A stretch of DNA of 64,000 nucleotides, from the NCBI GenBank assembly GCA_019424245.1, contig JAHYZV010000009.1, positions 5,317 to 69,316 of the forward strand, in the 5' to 3' direction. Position 1 is the stretch's first letter. Each line of letters opens with the position of its first letter. The stretch comes from Clostridiales bacterium (lineage in GTDB: Bacteria; Bacillota; Clostridia; Lachnospirales; Lachnospiraceae). This document shows, one piece after another, positions 51,148 to 61,293 of the stretch. The position numbers and the translations under genes are program-made. Under the pieces are notes generated by a model. The model was not told the origin of the DNA, made no database searches, and saw only the letters and a list, made by a program, of their open reading frames with translations.

Positions 51148-51274
51148 AATAGAAAGCTGACAAAGCAGTAATCCATCTATATAGGTAAGAGTTGCAATAC
51201 CATGTGACCCTTACATCATAGTATAGTTGCAATTAAAAATATGTGCAAGAGAAAAATATGAAAAGGATGATTAT

Positions 51275-52252
51275 ATGAAGACAGGAAAAGTGTCAGATAC
51301 AATTCTATCCAGGTCGGTATTAAAACCTGTGAATACTGTACGTGGAAAGTATGTGAAAAGACTTGATATAGGACAGGATGCAGGAGAAGTGCAGTTAGCA
51401 TGCCAGGCTGATATATCATCAGATTGCATGGATACATTGCTTATGGCAACAGCAAGTGGTTATATGCCTGTGATAAAGGCAGTTAATAACATATATGCAG
51501 CAGGTGGAGTTCCAGTTGGACTCAGTGACTGCATTGTCATGGATAAAGATTCAAGAGAAATACGTTTAAGAGAAGTTATAGCACAGCTTACGAGACAGTC
51601 AGCAATAACAGGAGTGTCAATAACAGGAGGCCATACAACAGTAAGTGGCAATGTGACATCTCCCATGGTTACAGTTACAGCAGTAGGTGTAAGACAAGAG
51701 CAAAGAAAGCAGCCACAGCCTGGAGAAAGCATTATAATGACTGGATATATAGGGATGAGCGGGATAAGACAGCTTATAGACAGTAATTCTGATATTGTAC
51801 AGGCAAGGTATAGTGATGACTATACCGCAAAGGCGTATGGCAGCGATGAAGAACTGTATATAGGTGATGTTGTTGAGCTTTTAAGGAAGAATAATATAAA
51901 CTGTTATATGCATGATGTTTCAGAAGGCGGGATATTCGGTGCTTTATGGGATATGAGCGAATATGGGCATACAGGACTTGATGTGGATATAAGAAGCATA
52001 TCAGTCAGACAGGAAATAATAGAAATATGTGAGCTGCTTAATGTCAATCCATATGAGCTTGAATCCATGGGATGTTTGTTAATGACATCAGACAACGATT
52101 GTGATATTATAAATATACTTAAAAGCTGTAATATAGAGGCACAGGTTATAGGAAAGGTTATAAAAGGAAGCCAGCGCATACTTCATAACAAAGATGAGGA
52201 GAGGTTTCTTGATCTTCCTAAACAGGATGAACTGTATCGCAGTGTTGAGTAA
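51275..52252 (+). CDS. AIR synthase / HypE-like (PurM superfamily) protein
   Basis: MKTGKV, IGQDA, ITGGHT, MHDVSEGGIFGALW, S.GCLL. Confidence 0.85.
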   Translation: MKTGKVSDTILSRSVLKPVNTVRGKYVKRLDIGQDAGEVQLACQADISSDCMDTLLMATASGYMPVIKAVNNIYAAGGVPVGLSDCIVMDKDSREIRLREVIAQLTRQSAITGVSITGGHTTVSGNVTSPMVTVTAVGVRQEQRKQPQPGESIIMTGYIGMSGIRQLIDSNSDIVQARYSDDYTAKAYGSDEELYIGDVVELLRKNNINCYMHDVSEGGIFGALWDMSEYGHTGLDVDIRSISVRQEIIEICELLNVNPYELESMGCLLMTSDNDCDIINILKSCNIEAQVIGKVIKGSQRILHNKDEERFLDLPKQDELYRSVE

Positions 52253-52322
52253 AACTGGCTGTACTATATATAGATAAGAAGTGCAGCATTAAAACTATAA
52301 TTAATTGAAAGGGTATAATGAT

Positions 52323-52805
52323 ATGAGAGAAAAAATCCTTAACTTGTTAGAAAAAAATGCAAGAATAGACATTCACGATATGGCGGTTATGCTTGGAGTC
52401 GCGGAGCATGAAGTCGCGAATGAGATTGCAGACATGGAAAAGGAACATATTATATGTGGTTACAATACCCTTATCAATTGGGATAAAACAGGTGAAGAGA
52501 AGGTCACTGCACTCATAGAGGTTAAAGTTACACCACAAAGAGGACTTGGCTTTGACAGTATAGCTGAGACTATTTATAAGTATGATGAAGTGACATCAGT
52601 ATATCTTATGTCTGGTGGATTCGATTTTACAGTTATAATCGAAGGTAAAACTATGAAGTCTGTTGCACAGTTCGTTAATACTAAGCTTGCACCACTTGAT
52701 TCTGTATTAAGTACATCTACACATTTTGTACTTAAGAAGTATAAAGATTATGGAACTGTATTAGACGAGGAATATAAGGATGAAAGGATGCTGGTGACAC
52801 CATGA
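52323..52805 (+). CDS. Lrp/AsnC family transcriptional regulator (YugG-like)
   Basis: N-terminal HTH, YLMSGGFD, STHFVLKKYK. Confidence 0.9.
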   Translation: MREKILNLLEKNARIDIHDMAVMLGVAEHEVANEIADMEKEHIICGYNTLINWDKTGEEKVTALIEVKVTPQRGLGFDSIAETIYKYDEVTSVYLMSGGFDFTVIIEGKTMKSVAQFVNTKLAPLDSVLSTSTHFVLKKYKDYGTVLDEEYKDERMLVTP

Positions 52806-53962
52806 GAAATGCTTTATCTAAGAAAATTATTGATATTCAGCCATCTGGTATCAGAAAGTTCTTCGATGTTGTAAATGAGATTCCGGATGCTATTTCACTA
52901 GGTGTTGGAGAGCCTGATTTTGATACACCATGGAATGTAAGAGAAGAAGGAATATATGCACTTGAAAAGGGACGTACATTCTATACATCCAATGCCGGAC
53001 TGAAAGAATTAAGAGAAGAAATATGTAACTATGTGGCAAGGAAATATAACGTGGTATACAATCCGCTGAAAGAAACTCTTGTTACTGTTGGTGGAAGTGA
53101 AGCCATAGATATAGCTTTAAGATGTATGGTAGATCCTGGTGATGAGGTCATAATACCTCAGCCAAGCTATGTCTCATATCTTCCATGTGCTGTTATGGCA
53201 GATGCAGTACCAGTGTTTGTTAATCTTAAGGAAGAGAACCAGTTCAAGCTTACAAAAGAAGAACTTCTTGAACATATTACGGATAAGACAAAGATACTTA
53301 TTATGCCATTCCCTAATAATCCAACAGGTGCAATCATGACAAGGGAAGAGCTTATGGAGCTTGTACCAGTTATTATAGAGAATGATTTATATATTATATC
53401 AGATGAGATATATTCAGAGCTTACATATGGTGATGAAAGGCATTGTTCTATAGCAAGCCTTCCAGGCATGAAGGAAAGAACTATTATGATTAATGGTTTC
53501 TCCAAGGCATTTGCCATGACAGGATGGAGATTAGGATATGCATGTGGTCCGGACTATATTATAAAACAGATGATAAAGCTTCATCAGTATGCTATCATGT
53601 GTGCACCTACAAACAGTCAGTTTGCAGCAGTTGAGGCACTTAAAAACTGTGACATGGAAGTTGAAAAGATGGTTACTGCTTACGATCAGAGAAGAAGATA
53701 TCTTGTCCATGAATTAAGAGAGATGGGTATAGATTGTTTTGAACCATTTGGTGCATTTTATATATTCCCATCTATTAAAAAATTCGGAATGACATCTGAA
53801 GAGTTTGCAAACAAACTTCTTGAAGACCAGAAGTTAGCAGTAGTTCCGGGAACGGCGTTTGGCGAAAGTGGAGAAGGCTTTGTAAGAATATCATATGCAT
53901 ATTCACTAGATAGTCTTAAAGAAGGACTAAGAAGGATAAAGAACTTTATAAATAAGCTATGA
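52802..53962 (+). CDS. PLP-dependent class I/II aminotransferase (YugH-like)
   Basis: GEPDF, PNNPTG, SDEIY, FSKAFAMTGWRLG. Confidence 0.93.
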   Translation: MRNALSKKIIDIQPSGIRKFFDVVNEIPDAISLGVGEPDFDTPWNVREEGIYALEKGRTFYTSNAGLKELREEICNYVARKYNVVYNPLKETLVTVGGSEAIDIALRCMVDPGDEVIIPQPSYVSYLPCAVMADAVPVFVNLKEENQFKLTKEELLEHITDKTKILIMPFPNNPTGAIMTREELMELVPVIIENDLYIISDEIYSELTYGDERHCSIASLPGMKERTIMINGFSKAFAMTGWRLGYACGPDYIIKQMIKLHQYAIMCAPTNSQFAAVEALKNCDMEVEKMVTAYDQRRRYLVHELREMGIDCFEPFGAFYIFPSIKKFGMTSEEFANKLLEDQKLAVVPGTAFGESGEGFVRISYAYSLDSLKEGLRRIKNFINKL

Positions 53963-54077
53963 TGATTCAATGTCGTATTCTCTTAGCCATCTATATGAAA
54001 GCCAGGTTAATAGCAGCTGGTTTTATACATTAAGGTAAATGTTAATTGAGTTTAAATACAGACAGGAGGAACAGAAT

Positions 54078-54551
54078 ATGGCAGGTATTAGTGCGGATTT
54101 GATAAACCCATTTCTTATGGCAGCAACAAGCATTATGAAAGACATATGTCAGACAGATATGAGTATAGGAAAACCATATGTTAAGAAAACTGAGTTCGAG
54201 GATGAAACTGTTGCGATTATGATAGGTATTACAGGTGAGATGAAGGGGCAGGTACTTATGGCGTTTTCATATGCCAATGCACTTAACGTAGCCTCAAGAA
54301 TGATGATGGGAATGCCTGTAACAGAGCTTGACGATATGGCAACAAGTGCTATAAGTGAACTTGGAAATATGATTATGGGTAATGCAGCAACCATATTTTC
54401 AACAAAGGGAATTGTGATAGATATAACACCACCGACTGTATGTCAGGGCTCTATGACGATAACACAGACATATGCACAGAATATATGTGTTCCTATACAG
54501 GCAGGAGATGGACTTTCACTTGAGCTTGATATAGCTATTAAGACGGAATAA
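54078..54551 (+). CDS. cheX: Chemotaxis phosphatase CheX
   Basis: INPF, IGITG, SAISELGNMIMG (ExxN), ITPP; AGGAGG RBS. Confidence 0.9.
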   Translation: MAGISADLINPFLMAATSIMKDICQTDMSIGKPYVKKTEFEDETVAIMIGITGEMKGQVLMAFSYANALNVASRMMMGMPVTELDDMATSAISELGNMIMGNAATIFSTKGIVIDITPPTVCQGSMTITQTYAQNICVPIQAGDGLSLELDIAIKTE

Positions 54552-54578
54552 GAGAAAGGACTAACAGAAAGAAATAAT

Positions 54579-55079
54579 ATGCTTAATATAGTGTTACATG
54601 AACCAGAAATGCCAGCTAATACTGGAAATATAGGAAGAACATGTGTGGCAGCAGGAGCAAGGCTGCATCTTATAGAACCATTAGGCTTTAGCATTAATGA
54701 TAAGATGGTTAAAAGAGCAGGGCTTGATTACTGGGATAAACTGGATGTTACGGTTTATAACGATTATGAGGATTTTCTGAAAAAGAATCCAGGTGCTAAA
54801 ATATATATGGCAACAACCAAGGCACATAAAACATATTCTGATGTGCATTATGAAGATGACTGCTATATAATGTTTGGTAAGGAAAGCGCAGGTATTCCAG
54901 AGGATATTCTTGTTTCTAGTGAAGATACATGTATAAGAATACCCATGATAGGAGATATAAGGTCTTTAAACCTGTCGAATTCGGTTGCAATAGTGGCATA
55001 TGAAGCATTAAGGCAGCATGATTTTAAAGACATGCGCCTTAATGGACATCTGCATAAGCTTCATTGGAAGGATGAATAG
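54579..55079 (+). CDS. trmL: tRNA (cytidine/uridine-34-2'-O)-methyltransferase
   Basis: PEMPANTGNIGR, RAGLDYW, FGKESAG, RSLNLSN. Confidence 0.95.
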   Translation: MLNIVLHEPEMPANTGNIGRTCVAAGARLHLIEPLGFSINDKMVKRAGLDYWDKLDVTVYNDYEDFLKKNPGAKIYMATTKAHKTYSDVHYEDDCYIMFGKESAGIPEDILVSSEDTCIRIPMIGDIRSLNLSNSVAIVAYEALRQHDFKDMRLNGHLHKLHWKDE

Positions 55080-55127
55080 TAGTAGTACAGCTAAAGGTTT
55101 TCCAGTGGCTAACAGATAGTATAGTAT

Positions 55128-56546
55128 TTACTTTTTATCTAGTGGGAGTGTGAATATAAATTCAGTTCCTACATCTTTAGTGCTTATGACATCGATATGT
55201 TCTTCATGGGCCTGGATAATTTCTTTGACAATAGACAGTCCAAGACCAGAACCTTTTTTATCCCGGCCTCGTGAAGCATCTGATTTATAGAATCTGTCCC
55301 ATATTTTGTCAATATCCTCTTTAGATATACCGCTTCCGGAATCTTTTATGGATATCTGTGCTTTTTCACCTTTTTCCCTGACGGTTACGTATATGAAAGA
55401 ATTATCGTGGCTGAACTTTATTGCATTATCAATAAGATTATAAATAACCTGCTGGATTTTCTGCTTATCAGCTTTTACATTTTCAATATTCCCAGCAAAT
55501 GTAAGGCTGAACTTGATGTTTTTTTTCTTACATGTTCCCTCAAGTGTTTCTATAGTATGTTTAATAACAGAGTTGATATCAAATGTGCTTATATCAAGCC
55601 GTACGCTTTTAGGGTCAAGCTCATTAAGCGTAAGGATATTACTTGTAAGCTTAGTAAGTCGGTCAGTCTCAAAAAGAACAATGTTTATATACTTATTTAT
55701 CATCTCAGCAGGTATGGTGCCATCCTCAATAGCCTCAAGATACCCTTTTATAGAAGTAAGAGGAGAGCGGAAATCATGGGATATGTTAGATAAGAATTTC
55801 TGCTGGAATTTATCCATTTCGTTTAATTCCTGTGCCATATAGTCAAGTGATGCCGCAAGTCGTCCTATTTCGTCGTTGTGTTTAGACTGTATGCGGTAAG
55901 ACAGATTTCCTTTTCCATATTCGATAGTTGCTTTAGTAAGTTCGTTTATAGGTGCATGTATATATACAAAATATAATATGAGCATAGATAAAGACAATAT
56001 CATAGAAATAGCAAGTGTCAGATAGTTAGTGTTAAATGTCTGGTAAACACGGTCGGTAAGCACACTTTCAGGAAGGTTTATGACAACATATCCAACAATT
56101 GAAAAATCACTGGTTATAGGAGAATACACACTAAGCATATTTTCGTTGAACAGCCCAAAAAAGTTGCCAAGGTGAGAGTGCTCTCCGTTAAGGCTTCCGT
56201 AGTCAAAGTCTTCCACTTCATAAAGGCAGTCTTCTTTGGATGCCTTGCCTGTATATCCAGTGTCAAGCAGTACTTTTCCTTCAGGCTCAATAAACATTAT
56301 GCGTGTATTATTAAGATGGGATAATATGTTAAGATTAGTTCTTATAGCCGGCATACGATTAGAGGCAAGAAAGTCAGTACCATATTCAACAGATATTTGT
56401 GTTGCCTGCTGATAAAGATTATTGGAATAATAATTATATATTCTGTTATAATCACATCTATAGCATATAGTTGTAACAGCTGCAAAGCTGGTTATGGCAA
56501 CAACTATATATAGTAAAATCTGCTTTATAAGCATATTGTATTTCAT
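55128..56546 (-). CDS. HAMP-domain sensor histidine kinase
   Basis: Two TM helices, SHDFRSPL H-box, NLIDNAIKF, DSGSGI, GSGLGL. Confidence 0.95.
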   Translation of the reverse strand: MKYNMLIKQILLYIVVAITSFAAVTTICYRCDYNRIYNYYSNNLYQQATQISVEYGTDFLASNRMPAIRTNLNILSHLNNTRIMFIEPEGKVLLDTGYTGKASKEDCLYEVEDFDYGSLNGEHSHLGNFFGLFNENMLSVYSPITSDFSIVGYVVINLPESVLTDRVYQTFNTNYLTLAISMILSLSMLILYFVYIHAPINELTKATIEYGKGNLSYRIQSKHNDEIGRLAASLDYMAQELNEMDKFQQKFLSNISHDFRSPLTSIKGYLEAIEDGTIPAEMINKYINIVLFETDRLTKLTSNILTLNELDPKSVRLDISTFDINSVIKHTIETLEGTCKKKNIKFSLTFAGNIENVKADKQKIQQVIYNLIDNAIKFSHDNSFIYVTVREKGEKAQISIKDSGSGISKEDIDKIWDRFYKSDASRGRDKKGSGLGLSIVKEIIQAHEEHIDVISTKDVGTEFIFTLPLDKK

Positions 56547-56549
56547 ATC

Positions 56550-56598
56550 AATCTCCATTCTTGCGTGTGAAAAATCTTATTTTTCACACTAATCTCCC
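56550..56598 (-). repeat. Palindromic dispersed repeat, short (1-hairpin) copy, at the histidine kinase RBS
   Basis: Minus strand reads GGGAGATTAGTGTGAAAAATAAGATTTTTCACACGCAAGAATGGAGATT, matching both ends of 37717-37811. Confidence 0.9.
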
Positions 56599-56661
56599 AT
56601 CTTAAATGTGTGTATGGTGCTTAAGTGCATAACAGCCATGCATGAATACGTATATAAAGCA

Positions 56662-57363
56662 TTATCTGGTTACGAACTTATAGCCGATACCCCATACTGT
56701 TTCTATTGCCCATTTGTCATGGTCATTTATTTTTTCACGTATTCTTTTAATGTGTACATCCACAGTTCTTGTATCACCTATATAATCATAGCCCCATATA
56801 TTGTCAAGGAGCTGTTCTCTTGTAAATACCTGGTTAGGAGCCGAAGCAAGAAAATACAGCAGCTCGAGCTCTTTTGGCGGCATTTCTACTGATTTTTTAT
56901 AGTAGGTTACTGAATAGTTATCAAGATTGACAACAAGGTCAGGATAAGTTACACATTTGGAAGATTCGTTAGGAGTTATTGCTGACTGAGGAAGATGATA
57001 GCGTCTTAAAACTGCCTTGACACGGGCAACCAGCTCCTTGGTTTCAAATGGTTTAATCATATAATCATCTGCCCCAAGTTCAAGCCCAAGAACTTTATCA
57101 AATGTCTCACCTTTTGCAGATAACATAATTATAGGGGTGTTATTATTCTTTCTTATTTCCCTGCATACCTGATAACCATCAATACCAGGAAGCATAAGAT
57201 CAAGAAGGATGAGATTGGGCTTGAATGAAGGAAGTGCATCTAGTGCACTTTCCCCATCATATACAATCTTTGTTTCAAAACATTCTTTAGTAAGATACAG
57301 AGAAATCAATTCTGCTATATTTTCATCATCATCCACGATAAGGATTTTTTGTTTAGTAACCAT
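56662..57363 (-). CDS. OmpR/PhoB-family response regulator
   Basis: VDDD, LLDLMLP, GADDY..KPF, RTVDVHIKRIR, TVWGIGY. Confidence 0.96.
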   Translation of the reverse strand: MVTKQKILIVDDDENIAELISLYLTKECFETKIVYDGESALDALPSFKPNLILLDLMLPGIDGYQVCREIRKNNNTPIIMLSAKGETFDKVLGLELGADDYMIKPFETKELVARVKAVLRRYHLPQSAITPNESSKCVTYPDLVVNLDNYSVTYYKKSVEMPPKELELLYFLASAPNQVFTREQLLDNIWGYDYIGDTRTVDVHIKRIREKINDHDKWAIETVWGIGYKFVTR

Positions 57364-57403
57364 AAGGGGTCTCCTTTTCTTTACGATAAAATATCATAGT
57401 ATG

Positions 57404-59779
57404 TCAGTCTTTAAATGTAACAATAGTCACGCCTTCGGCCCCTTCACCTATCTGTCCTAAGCGGAACTCTTTTATATAAGGTATTCCACGAAGATAAGAG
57501 GTTATACCGGAGCGCAGTGCACCTGTGCCTTTACCATGTACAATTCTTACCTGTGGAATCTTCGCAATATATGCATCATCAAGATATTTATCAAGTACTG
57601 CTATTGCTTCATCTACGGTATAACCAAGGAGATTTATTTCCGATGAAACAGAAGAAGACTTTGACATTTTGATTTTACTTGAACCGCTGCCAGACTTTGA
57701 AGCTGCTGCTTTATTATCTTCTGGGTCTTTATAGCCTTTAAGGATAGCAAGATTTTTTATATCCATCTTGGTATTAAGGCTTCCTATAAGTACAGAAACC
57801 TGATTTTTGTTCTTGTGTACCTGTGTAACTGTACCTATAACATTCATAGTGAGAACCTTAACATGCATGCCAGGCTTGAATTCAGATATATCATGAGCCT
57901 TTATGGTCTGAGGTTTAACTGGTTCAAGTTTAAGCTTTTCCTGACGGTTGTTTATTTTTTCGCGTATTTCACTACGATGCTTTTCAAGCTCTTTGACTGA
58001 CATACCATGCTTATTCATGGCATTAATAGTCTTATCTGCATATTCCTTGGCATCACGAAGTATGCGTGCAGCATCTTCGTTGGCTTTTCTTATGATTTTA
58101 TCAGTACGCTCATCAAGCCTTTCAGTTTTCTTTGTGAGTTCAGCTTTTAGGGTCTTAATCTGTTCCTTATACTGAGCCAGCTCTTCGCGTTCTTTTTCAA
58201 TAGTTACACGGCTTTGTTCAAGGTCTGTTACAAGATCTTCGAATCTTATATCTTCTGAATCAAGACGTCTTGAAGCATCAGCTATGATTTCATCAGATAA
58301 GCCAAGCTTTTTTGATATTGCAAATGCATTACTTTTGCCAGGAATACCAATAAGAAGACGATAAGTAGGGCGAAGAGATTCAACATCAAACTCACAGCAT
58401 GCATTTTCTACGCCATCAGTTGTAAGCGCATACATCTTGATTTCACTGTAGTGGGTTGTTGCCATAGTGGTTATTCCACGTTTGTGAAGATTATCAAGTA
58501 TGGATATTGCGAGGGCTGCACCTTCAGTAGGATCAGTTCCGGCACCTATTTCATCAAACAATATAAGGCTTCTACTGTCAGCCTTCTTTAGGATATCAAC
58601 AGTATTAGTCATATGTGAACTAAAGGTACTAAGACTCTGCTCAATACTCTGTTCATCACCGATATCAGCAAATATATCATCAAATACAGCTATATCGGAG
58701 TGGTCAAGTGCGGGGATGTTAAGCCCGGCCTCAGCCATAAGAGTAAGGAGACCTACAGTCTTTAGCGAAACAGTTTTACCGCCGGTATTAGGACCAGTTA
58801 TTATAAGAAGGTTAAAATCTGTTCCAAGGTATATATCAATCGGAACAACCTTATGTGGTTCAATGAGAGGATGTCTTCCCTTCTTTATGTTAATGCGACC
58901 GTCAGTATTCATAACAGGACGGCTGCAGTTATAGTGCCTTGATAGCAGGGCTTTGGCAAATATACAATCAAGCTGTGTAAGAATGTTATAATCAGATAAA
59001 AGTGTATCAGTATGACAAGAGGCCTTTTCACTTAAGTCTGCAAGTATAACTTCAATCTCAGCCTGTTCTTTAAGTTCAAGCTCGCGAATATCGTTGTTAA
59101 GCTTAACAACAGAGGCAGGTTCTATAAAAAGTGTTGAGCCTGTGGCTGACTGGTCATGTACCATACCTGGCATTGCTGATTTGTATTCAGCTTTAACAGG
59201 AAGACAGAATCTTCCCTGCCTTGTTGTTATGACATAATCCTGAAGATATGTTCTTGTTGATGGTGAATTCAAAAGCTTATTAAGTTCAGTGTGTATGCGG
59301 TCAGCAGCCTGATTTTTTTTGCGTCTTATATCGCGCAGTGTAGAGCTTGCATCATCGCTTATCTCATCCTCTGATATAATACATTTCCTGATGGCATTCC
59401 CAAGAAGTGTAAGAGGGTCAAGAATATCTATCATAGGCTGGATAGAATCATTTCTTGTTTCATAATAGTTTTTAACATGAGCAGCACACTCAAGAAGCAT
59501 GCTGATGTTAAGAAGCTCAAGAGCGTTAAGAGAGCTTCCAACCTTAAGACGGGCAAGACTTGCACGTATATCCTTTATTCTTGAGAAATCTACGCTGCCT
59601 TTCTGGTAAACTCTTGTGAGAGCATCGTTTGTTTCATCAAGAGCTGCGTTGATATCATCAATGTTATTCATTGGAACAAGAGCCTTAAGAGTCTGTCTGG
59701 CACCATCAGAACATGCCATAGACACAAGGGCTGATATTATTTTATTATATTCAAGTGTTATTAAAGTTTTTTTATTCAA
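57404..59779 (-). CDS. mutS2: Endonuclease MutS2
   Basis: GPNTGGKT, SLSTFSSH, DEIGAGTDP, C-terminal Smr HGKGTG. Confidence 0.96.
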   Translation of the reverse strand: MNKKTLITLEYNKIISALVSMACSDGARQTLKALVPMNNIDDINAALDETNDALTRVYQKGSVDFSRIKDIRASLARLKVGSSLNALELLNISMLLECAAHVKNYYETRNDSIQPMIDILDPLTLLGNAIRKCIISEDEISDDASSTLRDIRRKKNQAADRIHTELNKLLNSPSTRTYLQDYVITTRQGRFCLPVKAEYKSAMPGMVHDQSATGSTLFIEPASVVKLNNDIRELELKEQAEIEVILADLSEKASCHTDTLLSDYNILTQLDCIFAKALLSRHYNCSRPVMNTDGRINIKKGRHPLIEPHKVVPIDIYLGTDFNLLIITGPNTGGKTVSLKTVGLLTLMAEAGLNIPALDHSDIAVFDDIFADIGDEQSIEQSLSTFSSHMTNTVDILKKADSRSLILFDEIGAGTDPTEGAALAISILDNLHKRGITTMATTHYSEIKMYALTTDGVENACCEFDVESLRPTYRLLIGIPGKSNAFAISKKLGLSDEIIADASRRLDSEDIRFEDLVTDLEQSRVTIEKEREELAQYKEQIKTLKAELTKKTERLDERTDKIIRKANEDAARILRDAKEYADKTINAMNKHGMSVKELEKHRSEIREKINNRQEKLKLEPVKPQTIKAHDISEFKPGMHVKVLTMNVIGTVTQVHKNKNQVSVLIGSLNTKMDIKNLAILKGYKDPEDNKAAASKSGSGSSKIKMSKSSSVSSEINLLGYTVDEAIAVLDKYLDDAYIAKIPQVRIVHGKGTGALRSGITSYLRGIPYIKEFRLGQIGEGAEGVTIVTFKD

Positions 59780-59964
59780 TGTAGTACTCCGATATATTAT
59801 TTTTTATAAATGTATTTTACAGCATTTGCGCATAAAAAACTATATGATATAGTAATAAATATGCAAAAAAGGAACGCTTATTAATAGCTTTGACATAGTT
59901 TGTTCATAAATATAAGTTATCATAAAAAGAGTAAATTATGATATAATGAGCGCTGAGGAATAAT

Positions 59965-61245
59965 ATGGAACACAAAAATAACGGACATGAGCAGGAATAT
60001 CCGCTGTATACAGAGAGGATAGTGCCAAGCCCCAAGGTGAAATACAGAAGACTTATCAAGACTGTGAAAATACTTCTTCTTATAATAGCTATAGGCGTTA
60101 TATATGCTGTTGCAGATAAGATAGTTATACCAGTGATCATGGATAAAATAGCTGTAAGAAACAGAGTCGTTGATCATATAGAATTTACAAGGGATGAGTA
60201 TCCTGATCCTGAAACGCAGCAGATAGAAGATCAGAGACAGATTAAGAATGATTATGATGCAATCATACAGTCATTAAGAAGCAAGGTATCTGATGTGCAA
60301 AGAACAGTTGTTACAGTCAGGGAATATGTATCAGGTCATTATAATGACAATGATAGTGATACGCCATATGTGTCAGAAGAGATACAGGATGATCTTGTAA
60401 AACTGGAAAATAATGTTGAAGGATATTCTACGATGGGGCTGCTTGTAGGACATCTGAATGGGAGATATATGATATTAACCTCACAGACATATACTGCGGC
60501 TGTAGAAGAATATGCGGTTGTTGTGCAGGATTCTGATGAATATAAGGCGGAGCTTGTATGCTCTGATGAACTGACGGGTATAAGTATAATAAGCATATAC
60601 GATACACAGGTGACAGATGCTGATAGCCAGTATATGAAGGTTGCGGATCTTGACAACTCTTATGTACTAAACAAAGGTGATATGGTAATAGCTACAGGGA
60701 AGATATATGGAACAAGTGGTGCTATTGATTATGGGACTATAACGAACAGAACCGTGGCCAATTCCATAGATAACAATTATGAGATATTTGAGACTAATCT
60801 TTCATGCATGAAGGATGATTATGGCTTTTTATTTAATTCAGATGGCAATGTCGTAGGAATATCCCAGGTGAATTCAGATTCCAAGCTTAAAGCAATAGGA
60901 ATATCTGACCTTAAATGTATGATTGAGTGTATGATTAACAGGCAGGGAAAGATGTATTTTGGAATAGTAGCCCAGAATGTGGATAGTGAGCTTTCAGAAA
61001 AGAATGGGATTCCAATGGGAATATATATATCAAAGGTGGATAATGATTCACCAGCATATCAGGCAGGACTGCAGCCAGGCGATATAATACAGGGCATAAA
61101 CAAAATGCCTTGTTATTCTATACAAAGACTTAATGATAAGATATATGACAGCTCGGCAGGACAGGTTATTAATGTATCCATAAAAAGAAAGGGAAAATCA
61201 GGATACTTTGATGCGTCCTATGACGTATCAGTTGAGCTAAGATAA
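59965..61245 (+). CDS. HtrA/DegP-like trypsin-fold + PDZ membrane protein, catalytic triad apparently degenerate
   Basis: TM helix; GDMVIATG and LFNSDGNVVGI scaffold; PDZ SPAYQAGLQPGDII. Confidence 0.8.
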   Translation: MEHKNNGHEQEYPLYTERIVPSPKVKYRRLIKTVKILLLIIAIGVIYAVADKIVIPVIMDKIAVRNRVVDHIEFTRDEYPDPETQQIEDQRQIKNDYDAIIQSLRSKVSDVQRTVVTVREYVSGHYNDNDSDTPYVSEEIQDDLVKLENNVEGYSTMGLLVGHLNGRYMILTSQTYTAAVEEYAVVVQDSDEYKAELVCSDELTGISIISIYDTQVTDADSQYMKVADLDNSYVLNKGDMVIATGKIYGTSGAIDYGTITNRTVANSIDNNYEIFETNLSCMKDDYGFLFNSDGNVVGISQVNSDSKLKAIGISDLKCMIECMINRQGKMYFGIVAQNVDSELSEKNGIPMGIYISKVDNDSPAYQAGLQPGDIIQGINKMPCYSIQRLNDKIYDSSAGQVINVSIKRKGKSGYFDASYDVSVELR

Positions 61246-61293
61246 GCTAAAGAAAAATAATGATTATTTGTAATAGGAATGGAGAATTTAATT

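Noticed and set aside
53963..54077. Possible c-di-GMP riboswitch upstream of cheX
   Set aside because: Only a simple AAAGCCAG/CTGGTTTT hairpin; no GEMM core motifs recognised
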